From an uncultured Gammaproteobacteria bacterium (GTDB lineage: Bacteria; Patescibacteriota; Patescibacteriia; Patescibacteriales; UBA12465): 44,371 nt of DNA. A model generated the notes under the pieces. It was not told the origin of the DNA, did no database searches, and saw only the letters and a program-made list of their open reading frames with translations. How positions within the stretch are numbered: position 1 is the first letter of the stretch; each line of letters opens with the position of its first letter. Of the stretch, positions 15,976-25,297 are shown one piece after another. The stretch spans positions 27,492 through 71,862 of the forward strand of contig CAZLGE010000001.1 in the NCBI GenBank assembly GCA_964559375.1. Direction: 5' to 3'. A program made the position numbers and the translations under genes.

Positions 15976-18456
15976 TTATTTCACGATACTGGTGCGGCGT
16001 CTAATTTCCGCTTCGACTAAACGACTATTTTGTCCATACTTTAAACGACTTAGGGCTCTTATTTTTGAAGCGATTTCCGGTCTTTTTACCCCTAATAAAG
16101 GCCAAATTGTCTTTAAAGTAAAGGGTCGGGCCGCGCTATTATCAATCAGGAGTTTTAAGCAAGCCATTCCCTTATCGATGTTTATTAAATCATATTCATT
16201 AAAAACCGGCGCGAATTCTTTGACTAAAAATTCCGCGTCCTCCGAACCAATTTTAAAACTAATCATTGTTCCGACGTTACCGAAAACTGCGTCTTTAATT
16301 TCCGTATTATTATTTTTAGCCAGCTGACCGATATATTGATGGGCGATTACTAAATTAAGAGCGTATTTTCGCGCTTCCGATAAAATCTGACAAATTGAAT
16401 TTGTCGTAAAGTTTTGAAACTCATCGATATATAAATAAAAATCTTTACGTTCCGCGTTCGGAACATCGGTGCGCGATAAAGCAGCCATTAAAATTTTTCC
16501 GACTAAAATCATGCCGAGTAAATAAGCGTTCATTTCGCCGACGACGCCTTTCGGCAAATCAATTAATAATATTTTTTGATTATCCATGATGTCGCGCAGC
16601 TTGAAAGCACTTTCTTGCTGACCGATAATCGGCCGCATCATATCGTTTGAAATAAAGGAAGTAAGTTTCGAAGTGATATAAGGTACGATATTGGCAAGCG
16701 CCGCTTCGCCACCCGCTTTCTCCGCTTCCTTGCGCCAAAAATCGACGACCGGCTGATTTTTACAACGACTTAGTTTATACTTTCTAAAATCCTCATCGGC
16801 GAGAACCTTAGGAATTTCCATTAACGTTGAACCCGATTCCGGATCATCCATAATTAAAAGCATGGCATTGCGCATGTATTGTTCGAACATCGGTCCGCCC
16901 GTCGCTTTTAAATCATATAACTTATCAAAAATTCCGATCATCTCGTTAATCACAAAACTTTTTTGTTCCGGATATTTCGGATCGTATTCAAGCAAGTTTA
17001 AGGCCATCGGTCGCTCTAAATCGCCTGGTGAAAAAACAACCACATCCTCGCCGCGGTCCGGCGGGATGCGATCTAAAATATCGGCAATTAAATCACCATG
17101 CGGATCAATGACGCAAACACCTTCCCCGTTTTGAATATCTTGCACCGCCATATTGCAAAGCAATACCGATTTACCGACCCCGGATTTACCGACAATATAG
17201 GTATGACGACGACGATCAGAGCGCCCGATACGTATTTCTCTTTTCACCCCTCGATAAACGTTTTCGCCAAGCGAAATTCCTTCTTCCGGCAAAGTTGCCG
17301 GCGCGGGCGCTATTTTTGAAGTTAACCAAACTATGTTTGGCGTTTCTGTCCCCTTCAACGGCAAATGATATAAACTCGTCAATTCTTCCGTGCCTAATAA
17401 AAAACTAAGATTTTCTTCAAAACGGCGGTAAATAAAATCATCAATAATTTTATGTTGATTTCCCTTATAAATGCGGGAAAAATTATTGCCGTAATGATAA
17501 TTATTAAATTCGTTATAAACGTTTGAGAAATTCTCAAGATAATAATTCGCTTTTTCTTTTGTCTCGGCGCAAACAATTAAACGTAAATTTACTTCTAAAC
17601 CGGCTTTAAGATTTTTCTCTTCAATCATCTTAAGCATGTCCTGTTCAACCTGCGTTAAGTATTTCATCGTCTGCATTCCCGGCTGAGACGCATTCTGCGA
17701 GGCCGGTTTAGGCGGAAACACTGCATAGTATGTGGCCCACAAAGGATTACTTGCTCTTAGACCATGCCAGACTGAACCACAGCGGTTGATCATTACGGAA
17801 GTTCTTTTGCTCGCTTTGTGCCAACTCGGCGGGGCACTCCGCACGACATATTGAATAACGATACTTTCCTGCCGATCTAATTTTGATAAAACATTAATAA
17901 TCGAGTTAAGCGGATCGACCAACATTTTTTCATAAGTCTTTAAGGATAAAACAAATTTATTTTTCGTTTTTAAATAAGCGGCCGAAACATAATTGGTCGG
18001 CGTAAAAGAATTATAGTCTAAAACTTCCTCTAAAACCGCATCGGGATAATGGGCGGTAATTTGTTTTTCTAAATATAAAGCATGACGCTCCGGGGCAACC
18101 GCATAAAAATAAATTTTGCCTTGTTGGGCGACAATTTCAAATGAAAAATGATCATCGCGACCCAAAAGCCAACTCATAAAACCACCCTGAACACGTAAAC
18201 CGCCGATGGAAGCAAAAATAGTTTCGCCCTTGGCGATTTCTTCTTTTAGTTGTTGCGGGGTTGTTTCCTTATTTTCATCTTTCGGTTTTTCTTTCGGCAA
18301 GCGAATTAAAAAAAGACGGTGTTTAAAATGATTTCGCCCGAGACCGAAAATTTTAATAACTTTTCGCGCGAGCAGTAAAAGAATATACAAAAAAAGAAGC
18401 GCGCCCGCCATCTGCAGAATCAAAACCGGATTTAGATAACTCGTTGGATCTTGCAT
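15976..18456 (-). CDS. membrane-anchored VirD4/TraD/TraG-like (type IV coupling protein family) P-loop ATPase with an unknown ~400-aa N-terminal region
   Basis: 826 aa. N-terminal TM helix, Walker A IVGKSGVGKSVLL, Walker B FYLYIDEFQNF, then LVIAHQYIGQL. This pattern matches the T4CP/FtsK-HerA superfamily. GC is markedly lower than the flanks. Confidence 0.75.
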   Translation of the reverse strand: MQDPTSYLNPVLILQMAGALLFLYILLLLARKVIKIFGLGRNHFKHRLFLIRLPKEKPKDENKETTPQQLKEEIAKGETIFASIGGLRVQGGFMSWLLGRDDHFSFEIVAQQGKIYFYAVAPERHALYLEKQITAHYPDAVLEEVLDYNSFTPTNYVSAAYLKTKNKFVLSLKTYEKMLVDPLNSIINVLSKLDRQESIVIQYVVRSAPPSWHKASKRTSVMINRCGSVWHGLRASNPLWATYYAVFPPKPASQNASQPGMQTMKYLTQVEQDMLKMIEEKNLKAGLEVNLRLIVCAETKEKANYYLENFSNVYNEFNNYHYGNNFSRIYKGNQHKIIDDFIYRRFEENLSFLLGTEELTSLYHLPLKGTETPNIVWLTSKIAPAPATLPEEGISLGENVYRGVKREIRIGRSDRRRHTYIVGKSGVGKSVLLCNMAVQDIQNGEGVCVIDPHGDLIADILDRIPPDRGEDVVVFSPGDLERPMALNLLEYDPKYPEQKSFVINEMIGIFDKLYDLKATGGPMFEQYMRNAMLLIMDDPESGSTLMEIPKVLADEDFRKYKLSRCKNQPVVDFWRKEAEKAGGEAALANIVPYITSKLTSFISNDMMRPIIGQQESAFKLRDIMDNQKILLIDLPKGVVGEMNAYLLGMILVGKILMAALSRTDVPNAERKDFYLYIDEFQNFTTNSICQILSEARKYALNLVIAHQYIGQLAKNNNTEIKDAVFGNVGTMISFKIGSEDAEFLVKEFAPVFNEYDLINIDKGMACLKLLIDNSAARPFTLKTIWPLLGVKRPEIASKIRALSRLKYGQNSRLVEAEIRRRTSIVK

Positions 18457-18459
18457 ATT

Positions 18460-18933
18460 TTATCTGTCTTTTAAACGAATAATTTTATCAGCTTTTAATT
18501 TTACCTCTTGTTCCAAGAAAAATTTATTTATCCCCGTAATTAGAGAGAGCCATTTTCTAATCAGAGAAACAATTTTATTAATTTTTAATTTTGTTTGACT
18601 CAATAACTCATTAATTTTTAAAACTGTTTCTTCTCCCTTTTTCTTAAATATTTTCTGTTCTTCTGGTTTCATCTTTAAAAAAACTTCATTTAAGCCTTCG
18701 GCTAAAATGTTATCGATTTCCTGCGCACGTTTTTGTTGATAATAATCACCGGCCGGCACGGAAGTTGGCTTCGCAATATTAATAATCTCCGCCGCCGATT
18801 TAAGCTTCGCTTTTTTCTCATGAGTCAAGGAAACATTTTCCGTTTTATTTTCGGGCGTTTTTATTTTTTCGCTCGTCGGAATCGGAATCGGTATTTTTTC
18901 TAAAATCGTCTTCTCTAATTTTTGTTCAGCCAT
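18460..18933 (-). CDS. hypothetical Lys/Glu-rich protein, probable coiled coil
   Basis: I prefer the ATG at 18933 (MAEQKLEKT...), because the track start at 18972 would overlap the ferredoxin gene. 157 aa, very low GC, 3 nt upstream of the ATPase gene. Confidence 0.55.
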   Translation of the reverse strand: MAEQKLEKTILEKIPIPIPTSEKIKTPENKTENVSLTHEKKAKLKSAAEIINIAKPTSVPAGDYYQQKRAQEIDNILAEGLNEVFLKMKPEEQKIFKKKGEETVLKINELLSQTKLKINKIVSLIRKWLSLITGINKFFLEQEVKLKADKIIRLKDR

Positions 18934-18941
18934 AATATTTA

Positions 18942-19115
18942 TTATTTGACCAAAATTGCTCCCACCGGGCAATTTTCCGCCGCACTTTTAGCGCAATCGC
19001 TAACTTCTGTTTTAATAACTTCGGCTTTGCCGTCGAGATTCAACTGGAAGCTGTCCGGACATAATCCGGCACACAGTCCGCAACCTGCGCAGAGACTCTT
19101 ATCTATCCTAACCAT
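18942..19115 (-). CDS. small 4Fe-4S ferredoxin (57 aa), absent from the ORF track
   Basis: My translation: MVRIDKSLCAGCGLCAGLCPDSFQLNLDGKAEVIKTEVSDCAKSAAENCPVGAILVK. CxxCxxCxxxCP plus a distal C...CP is a classic single-cluster ferredoxin layout. Confidence 0.75.
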   Translation of the reverse strand: MVRIDKSLCAGCGLCAGLCPDSFQLNLDGKAEVIKTEVSDCAKSAAENCPVGAILVK

Positions 19116-19232
19116 AAAGACTGATTAATGTTTAAAACTATAATTATTATAGCATAATTTCCAAAAAATAAAACTATTATTTATCTCTAAAATTAGTAAG
19201 AAAACAAATCTCAGTTGTTATTATGGCCCTAT

Positions 19233-19261
19233 TTGACAATTATTTAGTCTTTTGTTATATT
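19233..19261 (+). promoter_or_regulatory. sigma70-type promoter for rpmA
   Basis: TTGACA (19233-19238), 17 nt, TATATT (19256-19261). Confidence 0.6.
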
Positions 19262-19290
19262 TATCTAAGTTAAAAATAAAGACGAACCTT

Positions 19291-19596
19291 ATGGCACATA
19301 AGAAAGCGGCCGGCTCAACCGCTCTAGGCCGCGAATCAGCAAGCAAACGCCTCGGCATCAAAGTTAACGACGGCCAGTGGGCTAAAACTGGCGCTATCTT
19401 GGTGCGCCAGCGGGGCACTAAATATCATCCCGGTCGTAACGTAAAGCGCGGCGGCGACGACACTCTGTTTGCGATGGCGAGCGGTTTTGTCAAATTCACC
19501 ACTAAGACCCTACGTAAATACGATAATTCCCTCAAGGCGGCCAAGTTTGTGAATATCGTTTTGCCGGAAAAGGTAAAAGCAACGGCCAAGAAATAA
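19291..19596 (+). CDS. rpmA: 50S ribosomal protein L27
   Basis: [24 protein letters not shown]... I use the internal ATG at 19291 rather than the track start at 19252. Confidence 0.92.
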   Translation: MAHKKAAGSTALGRESASKRLGIKVNDGQWAKTGAILVRQRGTKYHPGRNVKRGGDDTLFAMASGFVKFTTKTLRKYDNSLKAAKFVNIVLPEKVKATAKK

Positions 19597-19615
19597 AACC
19601 CCTACTTCATTACAA

Positions 19616-19645
19616 AAAACACCGTTATAAAAACGGTGTTTTTTA
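19616..19645. terminator. bidirectional intrinsic terminator between rpmA and pyrG
   Basis: AAAACACCGTT-ATAAA-AACGGTGTTTT followed by extra Ts. Confidence 0.8.
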
Positions 19646-19666
19646 TACAGTTTGAATTACTGAACA

Positions 19667-21346
19667 CTATTTTTTGCCTTTTTTACATACCTTAACAAAC
19701 TCGACAAACAGCGGGTGCGGCGCCAAGGGGCGGGAGATATATTCCGGGTGAAATTGGACACCGATAAAGAAAGGATGACCCTTGATCTCTATCGCTTCGA
19801 CAATCTGTCCATCAGGCGAAGTACCAGCGATGGTCAAGCCTAATTCCTCAAAGCGCGTTTTGTAGTCATTATTAAACTCATAGCGGTGACGGTGGCGTTC
19901 AGAAACAATCTTCTTGTCGCTATAGGCTTGATACGCCGCCCTGAGACGGGTGCCTGGCGTCAGACGGCAGGGCCAACCACCTAGGCGAATTGTCCCGCCA
20001 TAACCCTTTTCTTTGATTAATTCAGCCTGGCCAGGCATGATGTGGATCACAGGATCGGGTGTCTTCGGATCAACTTCGGCAGAATTAGCTAGCTTCAATC
20101 CGGCAACATTGCGCGCGAACTCTATGACCGCCATCTGCATGCCGTAACAGAGTCCGAAATAAGGTACACCATTCTCACGGCAATATTTAATGGTCTTGAT
20201 CTTGCCCTCAGACCCTCGGCCGCCCCAGCCCTGAGGGACGATTATACCGTCGAGACCGCGCAGCGCTTTCGTCCCGTTCTTTTCGACATCTTCCGCGCCC
20301 AGCCATTTGATATTAGTTCGGCAATTATTTTCGGCGGCGGCGTGCTTGATAGCTTCAATTACCGAGATATATGAATCTCCTAGCGAAAAATCTCCGCTGG
20401 CAAAATATTTACCGACGATACCGATGTTTACGACCGGACGCTTCGCTTTGGAGGCTCTAACCATCGCTTTCCATTCGATATTGCTACTCTTATGCTTCGG
20501 GGCTAAGTTAAACTTCTCAAGTATGCGATCACTCAGATAATCTTTTTCGAAATTTAAAGGAATATCATAGATCGAATCTACATCCGGGGCGCCAATCACC
20601 GCTTCCAGCGGAACATTGCAGTTGATAGATAGTTTTTCGCGCCGCGCCATATCGATCGGCTGTTCACTGCGAGCGACGAGCAGATCCGGCTGGATGCCGG
20701 CCGATTGCAAACTCCGGACCGCGTGCTGGGTCGGCTTAGTCTTCATCTCACCAATCTTGCTCGGGATGGGCAAGTACGAGACCATGACAAAAAGCACGTC
20801 TTTGGGGTGATAGAGTTTCATGACCCGGGCTGCTTCCAAGAAAAGCAAATTTTCATATTCGCCGACCGTTCCGCCAATCTCGATAATCATTATTTCCGCC
20901 TTAGTCTTAGCGGCAGCGATATCGATCCGATCGCGGATCTCCTGCGGGATGTGGGGAACGACCTGCACACAGCGCCCCTTATAGCCCAGATTGCGCTCCC
21001 GGTTGATTACCGATTGATAGATGCGGCCGGTCGTCATGTAATTTTCCCGGTAGATATTTTTATTCAGGAAGCGTTCATAATTACCGATATCCTGGTCCGT
21101 CTCATCGCCATCTTCGGTCACGAAGACTTCGCCGTGCTCAATAGGATTCATGGTCCCGGCATCGACATTAATATAGGGATCCATCTTGATGGCGCTCACG
21201 TTATAACCGCGCGCCTGGAGGATCTGGCCGATTGAGGCCGTTGTTACGCCCTTCCCCACGCCGGACATCACGCCGCCCACGACGAAAATATACTTGACTT
21301 CAGCCGGCCGGACTTTAGCTGCTCGGCGAGTTTTCTTTTCTGGCAT
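19667..21346 (-). CDS. pyrG: CTP synthase
   Basis: 559 aa. N-terminal GGVMSGVGKG. GATase domain with GLCYGMQ and VQFHPE. Confidence 0.95.
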   Translation of the reverse strand: MPEKKTRRAAKVRPAEVKYIFVVGGVMSGVGKGVTTASIGQILQARGYNVSAIKMDPYINVDAGTMNPIEHGEVFVTEDGDETDQDIGNYERFLNKNIYRENYMTTGRIYQSVINRERNLGYKGRCVQVVPHIPQEIRDRIDIAAAKTKAEIMIIEIGGTVGEYENLLFLEAARVMKLYHPKDVLFVMVSYLPIPSKIGEMKTKPTQHAVRSLQSAGIQPDLLVARSEQPIDMARREKLSINCNVPLEAVIGAPDVDSIYDIPLNFEKDYLSDRILEKFNLAPKHKSSNIEWKAMVRASKAKRPVVNIGIVGKYFASGDFSLGDSYISVIEAIKHAAAENNCRTNIKWLGAEDVEKNGTKALRGLDGIIVPQGWGGRGSEGKIKTIKYCRENGVPYFGLCYGMQMAVIEFARNVAGLKLANSAEVDPKTPDPVIHIMPGQAELIKEKGYGGTIRLGGWPCRLTPGTRLRAAYQAYSDKKIVSERHRHRYEFNNDYKTRFEELGLTIAGTSPDGQIVEAIEIKGHPFFIGVQFHPEYISRPLAPHPLFVEFVKVCKKGKK

Positions 21347-21420
21347 AATTGTATTGTCCCCCGCCAGACGGCAGCGGCTCCTAGCTATCCGGGCGACCTC
21401 GCCACCCGGGTTATTAATTA

Positions 21421-22662
21421 TTATTTCTTGGCTTTTAAAATCTCCAAAGCTTTATCAAATTGGGGATCGCGGTCATTATCCAGATCCTCGGTTGTCATCT
21501 CAACGGACACATCTGGTTCCAGTCCTTTATCGTTGATATAGTCGCCTGCCGGAGTTAGCCATTTAGCAACCGTGATCTTCAAAGTAGCCCCGCCGTCCAG
21601 ATCGCTGAGCGACTGCACCGACCCCTTGCCGTAAGTAGTTTCACCGACAATTGTAGCCAGTTTGTAATCTCTGAGGGCGCCAGCCAGTATCTCGGAAGCC
21701 GAGGCGCTGCCGCGGTTTACTAGGACGACGGTCGGAAAATTCTTGAGCCTCGCTTGGCCGCGAGCCGGGTATTCATTGCGCCGGTTATTATTAAATTGTT
21801 CGGCGACAATCGGGCCTTCTTCAACCCATTCACTGGCCAAGAAAACAGCCGTGTCCAGGTAACCGCCCGGATTGTTCCGGAGATCCAAAATCAAGCCACG
21901 CGGATTCTTCAGAAGGACGTCGGAAATAGCCGCGCTAAACAACTGCTCAGTGTCATCATTGAAATTGGAGACCTTGATCACATAAATACCATCTGAACGG
22001 AGTTCGGTTTTCACGCTTTTCGTAACAATAAGCGATCGGGTAATGGTCAAATCCTGGGGTTTCTCGTCTTCGCGGATGATGGTCAAAGTGACTTGAGTAT
22101 CTTTAGGACCACGGATCTTTTTGATGATTTCGCTCAGGCGCAACCCGAGAGTCGCTTCGCCATCAACAGCATAGATCTTATCGCCGGCCCGAAGCCCGGC
22201 TTTTTGAGCCGGCATCTCATCAAGAGGAGCGACTACGGTCGGGATATCATTCCGGAGGCTAATTTCCGCACCAATGCCCTCAAACTTCCCTGCCAGATCA
22301 TCCGTGAATTCCTTAGCTTCCTCCGGATCCATGAAAACAGTATACGGATCGTCAGTCGCTTCCGCGAGTCCGCGAAGTGAGCCGTAAAATAGTTCCTCAT
22401 CGGTCAACAGGTTCGTATCGACATAGTTACTCTTAAGTTTGTCCCAGACTTCAAAATATAGATCAAAGTCAACATTCCCGTCGGGGTTACTACCTAAAAC
22501 CGCTTCCCTCGCGTCCGGCGAAAAGGCTAACGGTCCCCGGCCAGAGAAGAGTCCCTGACCGCCGCCGTCCATCAGAAATCCGCCCGCCAACGTGCCCACA
22601 ACAAAAGCCAACGCTAGGCCGGCGAAGCCACCTTTCTTAAGTATATTTCCTGTGCTGTCCAT
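21421..22662 (-). CDS. S41 carboxy-terminal processing protease with a PDZ domain
   Basis: 413 aa. N-terminal TM helix, PDZ (AGLRAGDKIYAVDG), and catalytic region NRGSASASEILAGALRD...GKG. Confidence 0.88.
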   Translation of the reverse strand: MDSTGNILKKGGFAGLALAFVVGTLAGGFLMDGGGQGLFSGRGPLAFSPDAREAVLGSNPDGNVDFDLYFEVWDKLKSNYVDTNLLTDEELFYGSLRGLAEATDDPYTVFMDPEEAKEFTDDLAGKFEGIGAEISLRNDIPTVVAPLDEMPAQKAGLRAGDKIYAVDGEATLGLRLSEIIKKIRGPKDTQVTLTIIREDEKPQDLTITRSLIVTKSVKTELRSDGIYVIKVSNFNDDTEQLFSAAISDVLLKNPRGLILDLRNNPGGYLDTAVFLASEWVEEGPIVAEQFNNNRRNEYPARGQARLKNFPTVVLVNRGSASASEILAGALRDYKLATIVGETTYGKGSVQSLSDLDGGATLKITVAKWLTPAGDYINDKGLEPDVSVEMTTEDLDNDRDPQFDKALEILKAKK

Positions 22663-22683
22663 ATATTTATATATTTACCCCGG

Positions 22684-23289
22684 TCATTTCCTGAGAATCG
22701 CCAATCGCGCACCTCTCAGATCGATGAGACGCGACGGCCGGCTGCGCCTAACCGGTCCACTATCAACTATTAGGTCCGGTTGCCGGCCCTTATCTGGCCA
22801 ATAGTCCGAAAATCGCACCAGGTCGCGGATATTATCCGCACCGCTGAGATTGAGGCTCGTGGAAACGAGCGGCTTATTAATCTTCTTTAATATTTTAATT
22901 AAAAAATCGCTTTTAGGCAACCGGACCGCCAAACCGTCGGAGCCGGCGCTGAGCTGTAGCGGCAAGCGGCCGCGATGTTTAAGGACCACTGTGGTCGGAC
23001 GCTGGTCCGGACCCCAAATTTTCCTTAAAAAATCCGCTTGCGCGGCAGAAATATGGGTATAGCGGGCGGCCATGGCTAAGCTTGATACCAGAATAATGAG
23101 CGGTTTAGGCTGCTTACGTTGTTTGAGATAGTCGATGCGGCGGATAGCTCGTAAATTGTCGGCGGTACAACTAAAGCCATAAATGGTGTCAGTGGGCAGG
23201 ACGACCACTTTTCCGCGATCCAAGAATTCGATAATCTGCCGGATGACCGGTGCCGCGACTTCGCCGCTTTTCAACTTAAGGTAAGGCAT
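22684..23289 (-). CDS. tsaC: L-threonylcarbamoyladenylate synthase (YrdC/TsaC type)
   Basis: 201 aa, single YrdC domain (VVVLPTDTIYGFSC..., ...STSLNLSG). Confidence 0.82.
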   Translation of the reverse strand: MPYLKLKSGEVAAPVIRQIIEFLDRGKVVVLPTDTIYGFSCTADNLRAIRRIDYLKQRKQPKPLIILVSSLAMAARYTHISAAQADFLRKIWGPDQRPTTVVLKHRGRLPLQLSAGSDGLAVRLPKSDFLIKILKKINKPLVSTSLNLSGADNIRDLVRFSDYWPDKGRQPDLIVDSGPVRRSRPSRLIDLRGARLAILRK

Positions 23290-23298
23290 GATCCGTTC

Positions 23299-23814
23299 TT
23301 AGATAATCGACTGGAGAGCTTTCAGGGTATCGGGAAGAAGCGGAAGGAACATCTCCGCGATCTTTAACAACCAGGGGGTAACGACCGACTCGCTTATCCG
23401 GCTACCAAAGAAATTTTCGATAAGGGTGTAGCGGGAAATGACATACAAGATAAGGCCCATGAACAATGCCCCTTCTAAAAATCCCAGCACCGCGCCCAAC
23501 AAGTTATTTATATAGCGGCTGCCGGGAATAAAGGCGATCACTTTAAAAGCTTTTTCAATCAGGACAAAGGCCAGTTCGACCAGCTTAGCAACCACGATAA
23601 AGAGTATGATAAAGGCCAAGACCTTGCCGATATTCTCGCTGACATTCACAAAACGATCCGCCCAGTCGTAAAAGGCGAGATAGTAGCGGCTAGCAGCGTA
23701 GGCTCCGACAATCAGACCGATCAGATTGCCGACCATGCGGATAACCCCTTTAAATAGGCCGCCGATAACGAAGCCGGCGAGGATGATTAGTAAACTGATG
23801 TCGAAAAGTGACAT
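23299..23814 (-). CDS. cvpA: CvpA-family membrane protein
   Basis: 171 aa with four TM helices. N-terminus (DISLLIILAGFVIGGLFKGVIR) is typical of CvpA. Confidence 0.75.
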   Translation of the reverse strand: MSLFDISLLIILAGFVIGGLFKGVIRMVGNLIGLIVGAYAASRYYLAFYDWADRFVNVSENIGKVLAFIILFIVVAKLVELAFVLIEKAFKVIAFIPGSRYINNLLGAVLGFLEGALFMGLILYVISRYTLIENFFGSRISESVVTPWLLKIAEMFLPLLPDTLKALQSII

Positions 23815-23831
23815 ATATTTATTGAGAGTAA

Positions 23832-25292
23832 TTAATCCTTCTCGGTCAGGCGCGGAAAGAGTGGTTCACCTTTTTTTATCTGACTGGAGCTGAACTGACT
23901 AACGATTTTCCCGGCTGCTTGCGGCAAGAAAGGCTGTAGTAGATAAGCCACATCTAGGATATCTTGAGCGAGCGGCTTTAACACCGCGCCGATCGCCTGG
24001 ATATCAGTCATCTTCCAGGGAGCGGCCTTTGTCAGTAACATATCACAATTTTTGATTTTCTCCCAGACGGTTTGGAGCGCCTCATTCAGGCGGTACTGTT
24101 CCATAGCGGCCGTAAAACGGTTCGCCGTCTCTAAGATACCCGGATGAGACAGGCTAGCGGAGAGCTCAGTGACGATAACATTTTTTTCCAGCAGATTAGA
24201 AACGCGGGCCGCCAGATTCCCCAAGCCATTAGCCAAGTCGGCATTATAGCGTTCCCGAAATTTCGTTTCGGAGTAATCGCCGTCTTCAAAGGGCGGAATT
24301 TCAGCTAACAGATAATAACGCACGGCGTCAGAGCCGTAGCGATCGGCGAGTTCATAGGGATCAACAGTGTTACCGGCGCTCTTGGATATTTTCTGGCCGT
24401 TCACAGTTAAGAAGCCAAAGACCAGTATCTGTCGAGATGGCTCCAAGCCGGCAGACATGAGCATCGCCTGCCACATCGCCGCTTGCGGACGCAAATTATC
24501 TTTGCCACAAACTTGGAGTCCGGGCCAATAACGACCAAAATTTCCCGCCTCATCACCGGGCCAGCCCAGAGTCGAGATATAGTTAACCAGCGCGTCGAAC
24601 CAGACGTACATTACCTGGCTATCATCGCCGGGAACGGCTACGCCGTGCGGCATCTTTTCTTTAAGGCGGGAGATGCTGAAATCCTGGAGGCCGGAAGCAA
24701 CAAAGGCCGTGATTTCTTTCAGACGTCCCGCCGGGACGACGAAGTCTGGCCGTTCTTCATAAAGACGGAGCAATTTTTCTTGGTAGCGAGAAAACCGGAA
24801 AAAGTAGTTCTCTTCCTCAATCACTTCAAGCTCCGCGGCCGGATGAAGTGGACAGCGACCGTTTACCAACTCCGAGTCGGTCTTTTCCATCTCGCAGCCC
24901 ACGCAGTACCGGACCTTATAGAGTTTTTTATAAATGTCGCCCGCGGCCTGGCAACGACGCCAAAATTCCTGGGCGGCGCGCTGGTGGTCCGGATCGGTGG
25001 TGCGGATAAACTTATTATAGGACAGGTCGAGCTTTTCCTTGAGCGGGCGAAATTTGGCAGAATATTCAGCGCAGAATTGCTGGATCTCCATCCCCATCTC
25101 TTGGGCTTTCTGATAAATCTTCAGCCCGTGTTCGTCTGTTCCGGTATTGAAAAAGACCGTGGCGTTCCGCTGCGCCTGATAGCGGGCGATGACATCCGCT
25201 TTGATCATCTCCGCCGCAAAACCGATGTGCGGAGAGGAGTTGATGTACGCCAGGGTGGTCGTTACGTAAAAATATTTTTCTGTCTGCGACAT
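23832..25292 (-). CDS. metG: methionyl-tRNA synthetase (short form)
   Basis: 486 aa. HIGH-like NSSPHIGFA, a zinc knuckle (CVGCE...CPLH), and KISKS. Confidence 0.92.
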   Translation of the reverse strand: MSQTEKYFYVTTTLAYINSSPHIGFAAEMIKADVIARYQAQRNATVFFNTGTDEHGLKIYQKAQEMGMEIQQFCAEYSAKFRPLKEKLDLSYNKFIRTTDPDHQRAAQEFWRRCQAAGDIYKKLYKVRYCVGCEMEKTDSELVNGRCPLHPAAELEVIEEENYFFRFSRYQEKLLRLYEERPDFVVPAGRLKEITAFVASGLQDFSISRLKEKMPHGVAVPGDDSQVMYVWFDALVNYISTLGWPGDEAGNFGRYWPGLQVCGKDNLRPQAAMWQAMLMSAGLEPSRQILVFGFLTVNGQKISKSAGNTVDPYELADRYGSDAVRYYLLAEIPPFEDGDYSETKFRERYNADLANGLGNLAARVSNLLEKNVIVTELSASLSHPGILETANRFTAAMEQYRLNEALQTVWEKIKNCDMLLTKAAPWKMTDIQAIGAVLKPLAQDILDVAYLLQPFLPQAAGKIVSQFSSSQIKKGEPLFPRLTEKD

Positions 25293-25297
25293 ATTGC

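Noticed and set aside
20705-21235. 176-aa plus-strand ORF.
   Set aside because: It is antisense to pyrG and has no motif. This is a shadow ORF.
21347-21420. GC-rich hairpins (CCGGGUGGCGAGGUCGCCCGG and CUGCC-GUCU-GGCGG) in the pyrG leader, considered as a CTP-sensing attenuator like the one in Bacillus pyrG.
   Set aside because: No U-tract follows either hairpin, and I cannot identify the initially transcribed sequence. The evidence is insufficient.
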